Shown piece by piece: positions 12,233 to 24,768 of a stretch of 64,000 nt of DNA. The position numbers and the translations under genes were made by a program. Under the pieces are notes generated by a model. It was not told the DNA's origin and ran no database searches. It was given only the letters and a program-made list of their open reading frames with translations. Source of the stretch: Chiloscyllium plagiosum (taxonomy: Eukaryota); assembly GCF_004010195.1 (NCBI RefSeq), contig NC_057752.1, forward strand, positions 5,919,991 through 5,983,990, read 5' to 3'. Within the stretch, counting starts at the first letter, position 1. Every line of letters starts with the position of its first letter.

Positions 12233-12678
12233 AAGAAAAGATTTACAAGGGTGTTGGCAGGGTTGGAGGATTTGAGCTATCGAGAGAGGTTGAACAGGCT
12301 CTGGCTGTTTTGCCTGGAGCCTCGGAGGCTGAGGGGCGAGCTTATAGAAGTTTATAAAATCATGAGTGGCATGGATAGGATAAATACAGTCTTTTCCCTG
12401 GCATAGGGAGTCCAGGACTAGAGGGCAGAGGTTTAGGGTGAGGTGGAAAGATATATAAGGGACCTAATGGGCAACTTTTTTTCAGAGGGTGGCATGTGTA
12501 TGGAATGAACTGCCAGAGGAAGTGGTGGAGGCTGGTACAATTGCAACATTTAAAAGGCGTTTGGAGGGATATGGGCCAGGTGCTGGCAGGTGCGACTAGA
12601 TTGTGTTGGGCTATCTGGTTGGTATAGAAGAATTGGACCGAGGGGTCTGTTTCCATGCTGTATATCTCTGTAACTGAG
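12233..12678 (+). mobile_element. CR1 LINE 3' fragment
   Basis: High similarity to 2650-3090. Confidence 0.9.
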
Positions 12679-13919
12679 TTTATTTAATGTAGCTGCTCCT
12701 TGGTGATTTAAGTTGATAAGAAATTGAATTTAAGTATTCCACAGTGAAACTGTTTGAAGCAGTTAGGTCGTATTGCTTCAGAGGAGAATTTGCTGCTTTG
12801 AGGCCGCTAGTTTGAAAGCTGTTGTTTGTATTGGAGTTGGGAGTTTTAATTGTTTCACTTGGAAGGGTTATTAGATTTTTAAAGGCTATGGTGAATTGCT
12901 TCATGAAAGGTCCTTTGATGATACTTCTGCCTTCTAATTGCAGACTACCATTCGGTGTGACAAACTTAAATGTCTGATCACTGACCATGAATATTTAGTA
13001 ATATTTCATTTTTACTGTCTGCAAACTCTTACATTTCAGTTGGAACATCACTGGCTGACTGTAAACTGGAGATGGTTATCTTACAGCAATATTTGCTCCA
13101 CCATGAGTTATGATTTTGAGTGGGTGCTGAATGTCATGACCAGACAGTGACTCCAATGCAGTGTTTGTGAGATCCTGTTATGTTCTAATGTAAGCTGGGT
13201 GTGGTATTCAAGTGTCTAATGGGCATTTATTACAAATTGTGTACAAACACTGTATTCCTCAGGTACGGAGGTGTTGAGGGTAATGCTAACCTATTAAGTT
13301 GCAACAGAGCAGCATGGTTCCACTTGGTTAATGTGCCTTGTGATCTAATAAGTAGATTGAGTTGTTTGTACCCTTCTGTTCACATGTTATGACAGTGATA
13401 TTATGAGTATGTCTCTTAAATGTATACTGAACATGGTGAAAGTCATCCCAATTGACTAGAAAGAAGTGCAAACCAGCTATTGTGGTATGTTTTTGCATAT
13501 AGAATTAAATTCTTTGCCTGATACTTCCCAAAGCACAGTGTACTATATTCTAGACTGGGTGCAGTTGCCTATCTGATGAGATGGAAAATTGCAGTGATCT
13601 GCTTAATGAAGTTTTATGGAATGCATGTCCAAACTGTTCGATCAATAAACATTAGATACCATAGTTTGTGCTCCTGTTACTTGAATTTTTCACTTGTGTT
13701 CTCTCTGCTTTTATTTTTCAGATTGTTTGTTTGATCATTATTCAAGAGCAGGAGTGTAGGGTTGTACACATCTGCCAAAGATTATTGTAAGGAGCACTAA
13801 ATACACATGGGAAGTGTTTTGTAAATAATGCAAATCCTCTGGGGAGCAGTGGAATCTCAAGTGAATGTTGTAGCACCTGTTCAAGGCATGGCAAGCTTTT
13901 GAAATGAAGTGATTGTTGA

Positions 13920-15030
13920 ATACAGAACTGGCTCAAAGGTAGAAGATAGAGGGTGGTGGTGGAGGGCTATTTTTCAGACTGGAGGCCTGTGACCAGTGGA
14001 GTGCCACAAGGATTGGTGCTGGGTCCTTGCTTTTGTCACGTACATAAATGATTTGGATGTGAGCATAAGAGGTACAGTTAGTAAGTTTACAGATGACACC
14101 AAAATTGGAGGTGTAGTGGATAGTGAAGAGGGTTACCTCAGATTACAACGAGATCTTGACCAGCTGGGCCAGTGGGTTGAGAAGTGGCAGATGGAGTTTA
14201 ATTCAGATAAATGTGAGGTGCTGCATTTTGGGAAAGCAAATCTTAGCAGGACTTATACACTTAATGGTAAGGTCCTAGGGAGTGTTGCTGAATAAAGAGA
14301 CCTTAGGGTGCAGGTTCATAGCTCCTTGAAAGTGGAGTCGCAGGTAGATAGGGTAGTGACGAAGGCGTTTGGTATGCTTTCCTTTATTGGTCACAGTATT
14401 GAGTACAGGCGTTGGGTGGTCATGTTGCGGCTGTACAGGACATTGGTTAGGCCACTGTTGGAATATTGGGTGCAATTCTGGTCTCCTTCCTTTTGGAAAG
14501 ATGTTGTGAAACTTGAAAGGGTTCAGAAAAGATTTACAAGGATGTTGCCAGGGTTGGAGGATTTGAGCTACAGGGAGAGGCTGAACAGGCTGGGGCTGTT
14601 TTCCCTGGAGTGTCGGAGGCTGAGGGGTGACCTTAGAGGTTTATAAAATCATGAGGGGCATGGATAGGATAAATAGACAAAGTCATTTCCTGGTGTCAGG
14701 GAGTCCAGAACTAGAGGGCATAGGTTTAGGGTGAGAGGGGAAAGATATAAAAGAGACCCAAGGGGCAACTTTTTCACGCCGAGGGTGGTACATGTATGGA
14801 ATGAGCTGCCAGAGGAAGTGGTGGAGGCTGGTACAATTGCAACATTTAAAAGGCATTTGGATGGATATATGAATAGGAAGGGTTTGGAGGTACTTGGATG
14901 GGTAGGAAAGATTTGGAGGGATATGGGTTGGGTTCTGGCAGGTGGGACTAGATTGGGTTCCGATATCTGGTCGGCATGGACGGGTGGACTGAAGGGTCTG
15001 TTTCCATGCTGTACATCTGACTCTGTGACT
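13920..15030 (+). mobile_element. CR1 LINE 3' fragment
   Basis: ORFs 13996-15180 carry YINDLD, KFTDDTK and LERVQKRFTRML motifs. Confidence 0.93.
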
Positions 15031-16617
15031 AGATGGAAAGAATGTTTAGCAAACTTGATGAGAAACTGTTTTGGGGTGGGGCAGGGGGAGTGGTTGCAAT
15101 TGTCGCTTCCCTTGACCGGTCCTGGAATCGAGGAAACCGAATGTGGTGAAGTACAATATCACGGCATGGTCGAAACGTAGAAATGATAAAGCCGAGAAGG
15201 GGTTATTTGGCCTATATCATCCATGCTGGCCCAAATGCTCTTTCTAATCCTATCTTCCTGCACATGATCTATAGTCCTGCAGATCTAACTTCTCCTTTTA
15301 AGGAGTTTTAAGGGTCTCTGCCTCCACCAACACAAGCAGTGAATTCAAGAAACCTCACCTTTCAAAACGTTCCTCACATCTCCTCTAATCTTTCTGCTGC
15401 TTACCTTGAACGTATGACATCCGATTCTGAACTCGTTATATCCCTCCGTCATCTTTGTTCAAAGGAAAGCAATCCCAACCCCCTCCGATCTCTCCTCATA
15501 GCTGTAATTCTCCAGCCCTGGTGGCATTCTAGTAAATCTTCTCTGCACGCTCTCCAGAGCCATTATGTCCTTCCTATAATATGACCTGAACTGTGCACAA
15601 TACTCCAGTTGTGGCCTCACCAGACTCTGTTTTATTACATCTCTACTGTTTGACAATTTTTTTGACTTTGCTTATTTTCTTTACAGTGGGTGATATCTCC
15701 AATTTACTAAAGTTGGACTTGGCTGAGCCTGCGCAGTGTGCATCTGTGTTTTTGTAAGTATTTTTGACTCTTCCCCTCAAACTTGCATTTAGTGTCATTT
15801 TTAAGACCTTTGAAAAATATGCATGCATAATGTTGGTTTTGAAATTCAGAGCTGCATCCTACCAAAGGTTTTACTGTACTAAGATTGAGCCAGAGGCTAG
15901 CAGACTTTACACTAGTAGGTAAGTGCAAATACATTAAGCAAGCTAGCCCACTGTGTCTGATTTAATGTAAGCTTTTGCATAATTGAATTCTTAATTAGAG
16001 CTTTGGAGTCAGCATCTTGACTTTTTGGGGCTGTCATATTTGTAGACAGAATCCAGTTGGATGACTTTTTCCAATTTTGAGGTGTTGTCTCTTTTTATAT
16101 TTGGGAACCAGGCAGAGCTGCTGATCTGATTGAAGCAGCAGGTAATGTGTATTTAAAGTATAGAGCATAGTGCCTACACTTCAGAATAATCTAGGTTTAT
16201 TGTTTAAACTCTGCAAATGATGTGTATATTTACAAAATTGTATTTGGGGATTTGATCCTTCTATGTTTCTTTTCAGATGGCTTGCAGTGCTAATGCATAG
16301 ATTCTGATCTGTTAGAAAATTAACTCCTGGACATTCAGGAAAGCTTAATGCAGAGTTGATAAAGGGGAACTTGTAGCTATGTATTGGTCTCCAGAAAGCA
16401 TTTGCTAAGGTGTGACATAAGCTGCTTGGACAAGATAAATGTTCATAGTATGGAGGTAATGTATTCAAATGGATTGTGCATTGGCTAAGGCACAGCAAAT
16501 AGTCAGGATTAATGGATCTTCAGGTTAGTGACATAGCTAGTGGTGTGCCACATGGATCCGTCTTAAGGCATCAGTTATTTGTTAGCTAGTGGACAGTTAA
16601 GGTTATAAGATTACAAA

Positions 16618-16796
16618 TGTTTTGGATGTAGGTTTGCTCGCTGAGCTGGAAGGTTCATTTTCAACTTCGTCCGGTGGCTCACTGAAGATATTACCTAATA
16701 GGGTGACGAAATGTCTGAAAATGAACCTTCCAGCTCAGCGAACAAACATACATCCAGAACCTCAACCTGAGCTACAAATCTTCTCCAAACTTGCTA
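16618..16796 (+). mobile_element. Penelope family-A mini-insertion with inverted 5' arm and hammerhead motif
   Basis: 16623-16663 is the reverse complement of about 16716-16756; ctgaaga...gacgaaatgtc core at 16682-16715; attacaaa flanks both sides. Confidence 0.75.
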
Positions 16797-16999
16797 ATTA
16801 CAAAGATTTATAAAATCATGAGGTGAATGGTTTGTGGTGGATGTGGGTACAGTTACAATGTTTAGACATTGGATAAATGCATCAATAATTCTGGTTATGG
16901 TGAAGGGCAAGGCTGGTAGGTGTAGGGAAAGCTGGATGACTATAAAAATTTGAGGCTTCCTTTCCTCTTTGGGCGGGGGGGTGGAGAGAAAACTATGTC

Positions 17000-19900
17000 C
17001 ACTGTAGATGGCAGAGATCCCTAGGAGAGTATAAAGGCAATAGAGTATACTTAAGTGGGAAATTGGGTGGGTAAAAAGGGGACATGAGAACTTCAGCAAA
17101 TTGAGTTAAGGAGAATCCAAAGGTATTCTACCTTGCGTTTAAGGACAAAAAGGTAACTAGGGAAAGAATAGGGCCTCTTAAAGATCAGCAAGGGTGCCTA
17201 CATGTGTAAATGCAGGAGATGGTGATACTAAATGAGTATTTTGTATCAGTGTTTTACTGTAGCAAAGGATACAGAAGATCGAGAATGTGGAGAAATAGTG
17301 ACCTCTTGAAAAACTTCCACATGATAGGAGGTGGTGCTGGATGTCTTAATGCATAAAGGTAGAACTCCTAGGACTTGATTAGATGTACCCTAGCAGTCTG
17401 TGGGAAGCTAGAAGTGATTGTTGGGCCCCTTGCTGAGGTATTTGGATCACTGGTAGTCATGTGCTGGAACGCCAGAGGTTGGCTTATGTGGTGCAACTCC
17501 TTAGGAAAGCTGGTAAGGGAAAGCTAGGGAACTATAGACCAGTGAGTCTATTAGTGGTGGGCAAGTTGTTGGAGAGAATCCTGAAGGACAAAATTTACAT
17601 GTATTTGGAAAGGCAAGGACTGATATGGGGCGATCAATGTGGCCTTGTGTATGGGAAATTGTCTGGCTAACCTAAAGATTGAGGTTTTTTCTCTTTGAAG
17701 AAGTAACCGGTTTGAGGGCAGAGCAGCAAACGTGATCCACATGTACTTCAGTAAGGCATTTGGCAAGGTTCGTCATGGTAGACTGGTTAGATCACAGAAT
17801 ATAGGGAGAACTAGCCATTTGGATACAGAACTGGCTCCAAGGTAGACCGGGAAGTGGGAAGGTTGCTTTTTGGATACGAATGTAGGAGGTATGGTTAGTA
17901 AATTTGTAGACGATGCCAAAATTGATGTAGTGGACAGCAAAGACTTTTACCTCCAGAACAATGGGATCTTGATCAGATGGGCCAATAGGCTGAGGAATGG
18001 CAGGTGGAGTTTAATTTGGATAAATGTAAAGTGCTGCATTTTGGAAAGGTAAATCTGGGCAGGACTTCTACATTTTAATGGTAAGGTCTTGGAGTGTTGC
18101 TGAACAAAGACGAAAGTAGAGTTGCAGGTAGATAAGATAGTGAAGGTGGTGTTTGGTATGCTTTCCTTTATTGGTCAGTGCATGGAGTATAGGAGTTGGG
18201 AGGTCATGTTGCGGCTGTACAGGACATTGGTTAGGCCACTTTTGGAATATTGTGTGCAATTCTGGTCTCCCTACTATAGGAAGGATGTTGTGAAACTTGA
18301 AAGGGTTCAGAAAAGATTTACAAGGATGTTGCCAGGGTTGGAGGGTTTGAGCTATAGGGAAAGGTTAAATAGTCTGGGGCTGGTTTCCCTGTTGATTTGA
18401 AGATTGAGAGATGACTTCATAGAAGTTTATAAGATCACAAGGAGCATGGATAGGATGAATAGTTGGTCTTTTCTCCCCCAGGGTTGGGAGCCCAAAACTA
18501 GAGGGCATAGGTTTAAGGCGAGAGGGGAAAGATTTAAAAGGGATCTAAAGGGCAACACTTTCATGCAAAGGATGGTATGTTTATAGATTGAGCTGCCAGA
18601 GGAAGTGGTGGAGGCTGGTATAATTGTAACATTTAAAAGGCATCTAGATGGGTATATGAATTGGAAGGGTTTAGAGGGATATGGGCTGGATGCTGGCAAA
18701 TAGGACTAGGTTAACTTAAGATATCTGGTTGGCAATCTAATCCCATTGGCCAGCATTTGGCCCATCTCCCTCCAAACATTCCGTAATCAGCTGTACAGCA
18801 TGGAAACAGACCCTTCAGTCCAACTTATCAATGCCAACCAGATATCCTGAATCATTGACAAATTACACTGAAGGGTCTGTTCCATGCTGTACAGCTGATT
18901 TTTAAGGAATGTTTGGAGGGATATGGGACTAGTTCAATTTGTTATGGTCAGCATGGGCTGGTTGGACTGAAGGGTCTGTCAATGGGCTGAGGAGTGGCAG
19001 ATGGCGTTTAAGTTTGGTTTTTAAAAACAAAACAGAAGGGCAGGATGAATACAATTAATGGTAGGGCCCTGGGTAATGTTGTAGAATAGATCTGGGGATT
19101 CGGGTACATAATTTCTTTTTGAAATTTGCATCATGTGTGGGTAGGGTGGTCTTAAGCACATATGCCTTTGCTCAGATCTTTGTGGATAGGAATTTGAGTG
19201 TCATGTTGATGAGTCCTCTTCTGGAGCACTGTGTACAGTTCTGGTCATCCTGCTGTATGAAGGATATTAGTAATTGAGGCGTGTTCAGAAAGGATTTACC
19301 AGGATGTTGCTGGGAATGGAAGGTTTAAGTTGTAAAGATATGGTGGGACTTTTTTTTAACTGCAATGTAGGAAGTTGAAGGGTGACCTTTAGAGGTTTAT
19401 GCAATCATGAGGGGCATAGATGGTGAATAGCAAGGGTCTTTTCTGTAGCCTGAGGTGTTCAAAACTAGTGTTTTTTAAGGATTTTAAAAAAGGCTTGAGA
19501 GGCAGCCTTTTTGGAGTGGTTCAAGTGTGGGATGAACTGCCTGAGGAAGTACGGATGCAGGTACAATTACAACATTTAAAAGATACTTGGATAAGTACAT
19601 GGATAGGGAAGGTTTGGATGGATATGGGCCAAACCCAGACAAGTGAGACTATAGCCTGAGGTGTTCAAAACTAGTGTTCTTTAAGGATTTTAAACAAGGC
19701 TTGAGAGGCAGCCTTTTTGGAGTGGTTCAAGTGTGGGATGAACTGCCTGAGGAAGTACGGATGCAGGTACAGTTACAACATTTAAAAGATACTTGGATAA
19801 GTACATGGATAGGGAAGGTTTGGATGGATATGGGCCAAACCCAGACAAGTGAGACTATTGGTTTGGAAACCTGATTGGCATGGACTAGTTGGACTGAAGA

Positions 19901-20760
19901 GACTTTGTTTGTTTTTGTGCTGTATGACTCTTTTTTTTTTTTTGTCTATATTAATGACTTGGCAAAAAATAATTCATCTAAATTGATACTTTAAGTGGGA
20001 GGGTCTCTGGGGTTGAGGATGTGGAACTTGAAGGGGATGGAGATATATTGTGGGCAAAAAAGGGCAGATGGCTTTTTTTTTTTAAGGAAGTGTGGTGGGA
20101 TGCACTTGAGGAAGAATCAAATGGTATGCTGTTGTTGAAATAGATTCAAAGTGCAGCACAAAGGGACCTGGGTGTCCTTGTGCATGGAAACAAAGTTAGC
20201 ATGCACATGCAGCACTGTTAGTGTGCCGTTTTTAAAGTAGGGCAGCCTTACTAAATTGTACAGAGTGTTGAGGCTGCACCCTGGAGTAGCGAGTAAAGTT
20301 TGATCCCCTATATTGATAGGTCATACTGGTAGTGGGGGGCTGTTCGAAAGTGATTCACGAAGCTGTTTCCTGGGATGAAGGTATTGACTACTTGGGAATG
20401 ACTGAACAAATTAAGCCTTCCCTCATGAGTTTGGAAGAATGAGAGGTAATCTTAATGTAACATAAGATTCTGAGGGAGCTTGGCAGGATAGGTGTAAAAA
20501 TGTTCTTACCGGTGAGGGAATCTTGAATTATGGGACACAATTGGCAAATACGAGAATATTTAAAACCCAGATGTAAAGGAATTGTTTCGTGAATTGTAGA
20601 GAATTTCAGACTGTTGTGGAGGCTAGATCACAAGTATTTGAGGCAGTGGATAGATTTTAGTGTGAATTGAAGGCTGGCTTGCACAAGAGTTGAGACCTGG
20701 GGCATATCACCTTGTTGAATGACAAGTCAGGCTTGAGTGGCTGAATGGCCTGCTCCTGTC
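17000..20760 (+). mobile_element. Cluster of decayed CR1 LINE fragments
   Basis: GNYRPVSL, KFVDDAK and LVRPLLEYCVQFWSP remnants; several successive 3' ends. Confidence 0.85.
19446..19857 (+). repeat. 206-bp tandem duplication inside a CR1 fragment
   Basis: 19446-19651 versus 19652-19857; three substitutions seen. Confidence 0.95.
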
Positions 20761-20974
20761 TGTTAGTATGTAAAGTGGTGCTTAAGCGTTAGTGGGTGTT
20801 CTTTTCACGATGAATTCTGGTGACCTATTTGTTTTTTTTTTCTGGTGTTTGGATTCTAGCTTGGAGACTTCAGTGATCCTATCATGCTTTTTTTTTTCCT
20901 CCCTCCCTATAGGTGGTGATAGACCTCTATAATCAAGTAGAAACTTCCTGAAATCAGTGGAGGAAAACAAGTGA

Positions 20975-21151
<177 letters not shown>

Positions 21152-21948
21152 TAATAATTGAAGAGTTAGTACCACATCAAACTATCTGATTTGTATGGGT
21201 TTCACTTTTTAGGTTAAATTACTAACTCCTTTATTTTAGGTAGTATAGCTATGGGCTGAAAGATAATTCTTATATCAAGTCTACAGAAAAGATTTGTGTT
21301 CTCATCAAAAACCAATGCAAGACTATTCTGATTGCACTTTCCAGCACTTAGCCTGTAATTTTTTTAATGCCTTGGTATCACAAGTGTGCATGACATTACA
21401 TAGTATTTGAGAGTTTCTGCCTCTCCCACCCTTGCAGACAGTGAGTTCCAGATTTCCATGTGTGGAACCAGTCTGCAGTTAGTGCGTTTTTTAAAACTGC
21501 ACATAAAAACATCCTTTGTCTGGACACTAGTTACATATTAGTAGTAGTTTTCTTTGCTTGTTCTTTATTATCTCCATGAGAGCATAGCTGTTTGTTTGGA
21601 TAACTGGGCTCAGCCAAATTTCCAACAATGAGAGCAAGTGGAAATAATTCAGTGCTGCCTTGAAGCAGCAAAAGCCTAATTAAATCAAGGTCCTGAAATA
21701 CTGAAGTAAAGATCCTTGCTGGAGGGCAGCTGCTTTAAACCCAATAGAAGCAAATGTTTTTTTTCCAATACTATACCTGATGGTTTGAAAATGCAGCACT
21801 AACTAATGCACAGTTTTCCTTTCTGTGCCTAGTTCTGTCTAATTGAGCTCTGGAGGGACTGCAGTAGTGCTGACCAGCTCTCCTAGCTAAATAGACTTAA
21901 GGTTTCTAGGAGGAAAAAGGAAAATGTGAATAAAGCTGGTAAGAGTAA

Positions 21949-22119
<171 letters not shown>

Positions 22120-22899
22120 TAAATTGGCCCTATTTAGCATCTCTTCAAGAGAAAGGAAGAGACACTTGTCCTGAGGTTTGCCTCTGGGTTCTGTATATGA
22201 TTCAATGTTTCTTTAATGGTTTGTAGAAATGTAAAGCAAGTTGTCTGCTTTTAATCTTTTTCCATCGCAGAAGGTATTGGGTTAGATGCTTGGTCATTGC
22301 TTGGTTCCTAATTTTTTTTTCACTTGCTCACTTGGAATCATCAGATTGATACCAGGGTTTTAAAAGGGTTAAATGACATGTGCATGATTATACAGTGACT
22401 TTTTTTTCATTAATCTAACACTAGGCAATCTCCTTTCCTGCTGAGAATCCAGAATGGGAGCAGCAGTTTATAGCTGGAGCTAGACCATTCTGGAATGAAA
22501 CTACTTTTTGCAAGTAGTGATTATATCGCAAAGATGCTTAAACTGATTTAAACTCAAGTTTTTGCTTCATAAGATTATTAAAGGGTTTGCAACAAAAGTT
22601 GATGAATAGATGAGTCACAGATCAGCAATGATCTGGTTGAATAGCTGAACATGCTGAAGGAGCTGAATGGCTAACTTGTTTGTGTTCTTTCAGATGTAAG
22701 GTTCCTATTATGTGGAATTAACAGCCCATCTCAAAAGGGCCTACAACAATGAACCATAATATACTGTGTCATAAACCTTGGATGTTGATAGACTTCCTGC
22801 CTGCCCTTGGTCATCATGTTGGTGATTAAGGACTTGAAGGAGAGGCTAAGTGAAAGAAATATTAACCATTTGAGATGAGCTTTCTTTTTAATCCTCTAG

Positions 22900-23024
22900 G
22901 GTTGATATTTGTGGTTGATAGTAATGATAAAGAGCGTGTGTCTGAGGCACGTGAGGAACTGATGCAGGTGCTTGCAGAGGATGAGTTGCGCAATGCTGTT
23001 CTTCTTGTCTTTGCCAACAAACAG
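22900..23024 (+). CDS. ARF3: ARF3-like coding exon 3 (125 nt)
   Basis: (G)[41 protein letters not shown]; acceptor cctctag, donor gtaaat; lies inside ORF 22875..23069. Confidence 0.95.
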
Positions 23025-23754
23025 GTAAATGAACTGTTGGAGTCCAAGGTAGTTGCACTGGATGAATAGTAAAACAGCCAGTACAGAGTCTTTGTTTTGC
23101 ATCAAGCAGTTAATTGCTGGTTTGTGTGGATTGCCACCGATTTGATGTGCATCCCACTCTGAAATGAGCTTTGAATATTAGTGGCACAAATGCATTAATT
23201 TTCCATCCTGGCCTGATGTTTTGTTCCCGATACAGTGACTACTCATGAGTCAATGAGCCAGACTCTCTCCCTGTCCTCCCTCTTGAAAGGGATATGATCT
23301 TTTGGTTTTTCGTATGGATCTTTCTAACTTATGGCTGCACTGCAGAATAAGGCACTTGCAAGTGGCGCAGTTATCACCACTAAATGGCAATCTGCATATC
23401 AACTTGTTTGTGCTTATGTTATGATAAAGCCAACAAGCTATTTTTGGCCTTAACAAATACAGTATTGCAATTGCTCGATGTTGTGTTTTACTATCATTTG
23501 CCTAGTTTGGGAGAATTGCCTTTCAGTATTGATCCATTCTTTTTATTGGAGTTAGATTCTGCTTCCAACTCCTCTTTTCCAGGCAGTATGTCCTAGTTCA
23601 TAACTCTGAATACTTCTCCTTGTCCCACATGTGCTTGCCATTTTTTTTTCTTTTTTTGCTTGCTTCCTTGTTTGAATATTCAACCAGTTCATCAACCCTG
23701 CCCTTGCTCAACTGTCAACCTCTTCAAACAATTACCAGGAATAAACTACCCCCT

Positions 23755-23867
23755 TCAAAGTTTGTGCGAAGATTTGTAGCTCGGGTGCTCGTTGTTGTGG
23801 TTCTGTTCGCCGAGCTGGAAGTTTTTGTTGCAACAAAAACTTCCAGCTCGGCGAACAGAACCACAAC
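23755..23867 (-). mobile_element. Penelope family-A fold-back mini-insertion containing a perfect palindrome
   Basis: 12-bp TSD aaactaccccct (23743-23754 / 23868-23879); the arm matches 5078-5111. Confidence 0.9.
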
Positions 23868-24609
23868 AAACTACCCCCTCCCCAACCATCTCCTGTAGCC
23901 CTCCGATCTGTTGCAATGACTCCAATGTTTTACTCCGTCCCATTTGTTGACTGTGTTCTTTAAGCTTAAAAGGATTTTTATCTCTTCAGCTGTCTTGTGC
24001 CTCTTAAGATGTTCCTTTCTAAAACCATCACTTTTTTAAACCAAGTTTTTGGTTAGCTGCCTTAACTTGAAACCAAGTATCAAAATATTTTTGATTTCAT
24101 GTGAAGTACCTTGGCCTTTTTAACTACGTGAAGGCAGTAAATTAAAATAAAAGTTGATGGTACACTCTCCAGCCTGGATAAACTTAGCATGATGCCTACA
24201 GTTGGCTACATGCCTTCACCTAACTCGTGGGTTGCAGCAGAAGTTCCTTGCATTTCACTTTTTTATAAAATCAAGCCTTGTGTGCTCTTTAACCAGCCTT
24301 GTCAACTTGTTCTGTTAACTGCATGCATTTCTGTACCTACCTCCCCAGAATCTTATTTAGTATTGTACCCTATTTTAATCTTTTTCTATTGTCTTGCAAA
24401 ATTCATCACTTAATACTGCATCAAATGCCTTCTACTGGTCTGTCCCTTTTGCATTCTGCTGCTATCCCCACTGTTTACTATTGTGGCAAGGGATTGGTGG
24501 GGGGTGGTGCTTGTTTTTAATTATGTGGGCTTTGGGAGTAGGAACAGTTTCACAGGCTTCCTGTAAAGCACTGTAATCCTGAGGTATAAATGTTGCCCCT
24601 TCTTCCTAG

Positions 24610-24768
24610 GATCTGCCGAATGCAATGAGTACAGCTCAAATCTCAGACAAGCTGGGCCTGAATTCTCTGCGCAACCGGGTCTGGTATATTCAGGCCACGT
24701 GTGCCACCAGTGGTGATGGTCTCTTCAGCGGTCTGGACTGGTTAGCTGGTCAGTTGAAACACAAGTGA
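24610..24768 (+). CDS. ARF3: ARF3-like last coding exon (to TGA)
   Basis: [52 protein letters not shown]; completes the NKQD motif; acceptor ttcctag. Total CDS 537 nt = 178 aa + stop. WLA.QLK resembles ARF3 (WLANQLKNKK) more than ARF1 (WLSNQLRNQK). Confidence 0.94.
   Translation, partial: DLPNAMSTAQISDKLGLNSLRNRVWYIQATCATSGDGLFSGLDWLAGQLKHK

Noticed and set aside
16623..16715. Second apparent case of an inverted arm ending exactly at a hammerhead cleavage site
   Set aside because: The arm seems to continue (ttcgtc pairs with gacgaa) past a small deletion, so it does not independently support the cleavage-site model.
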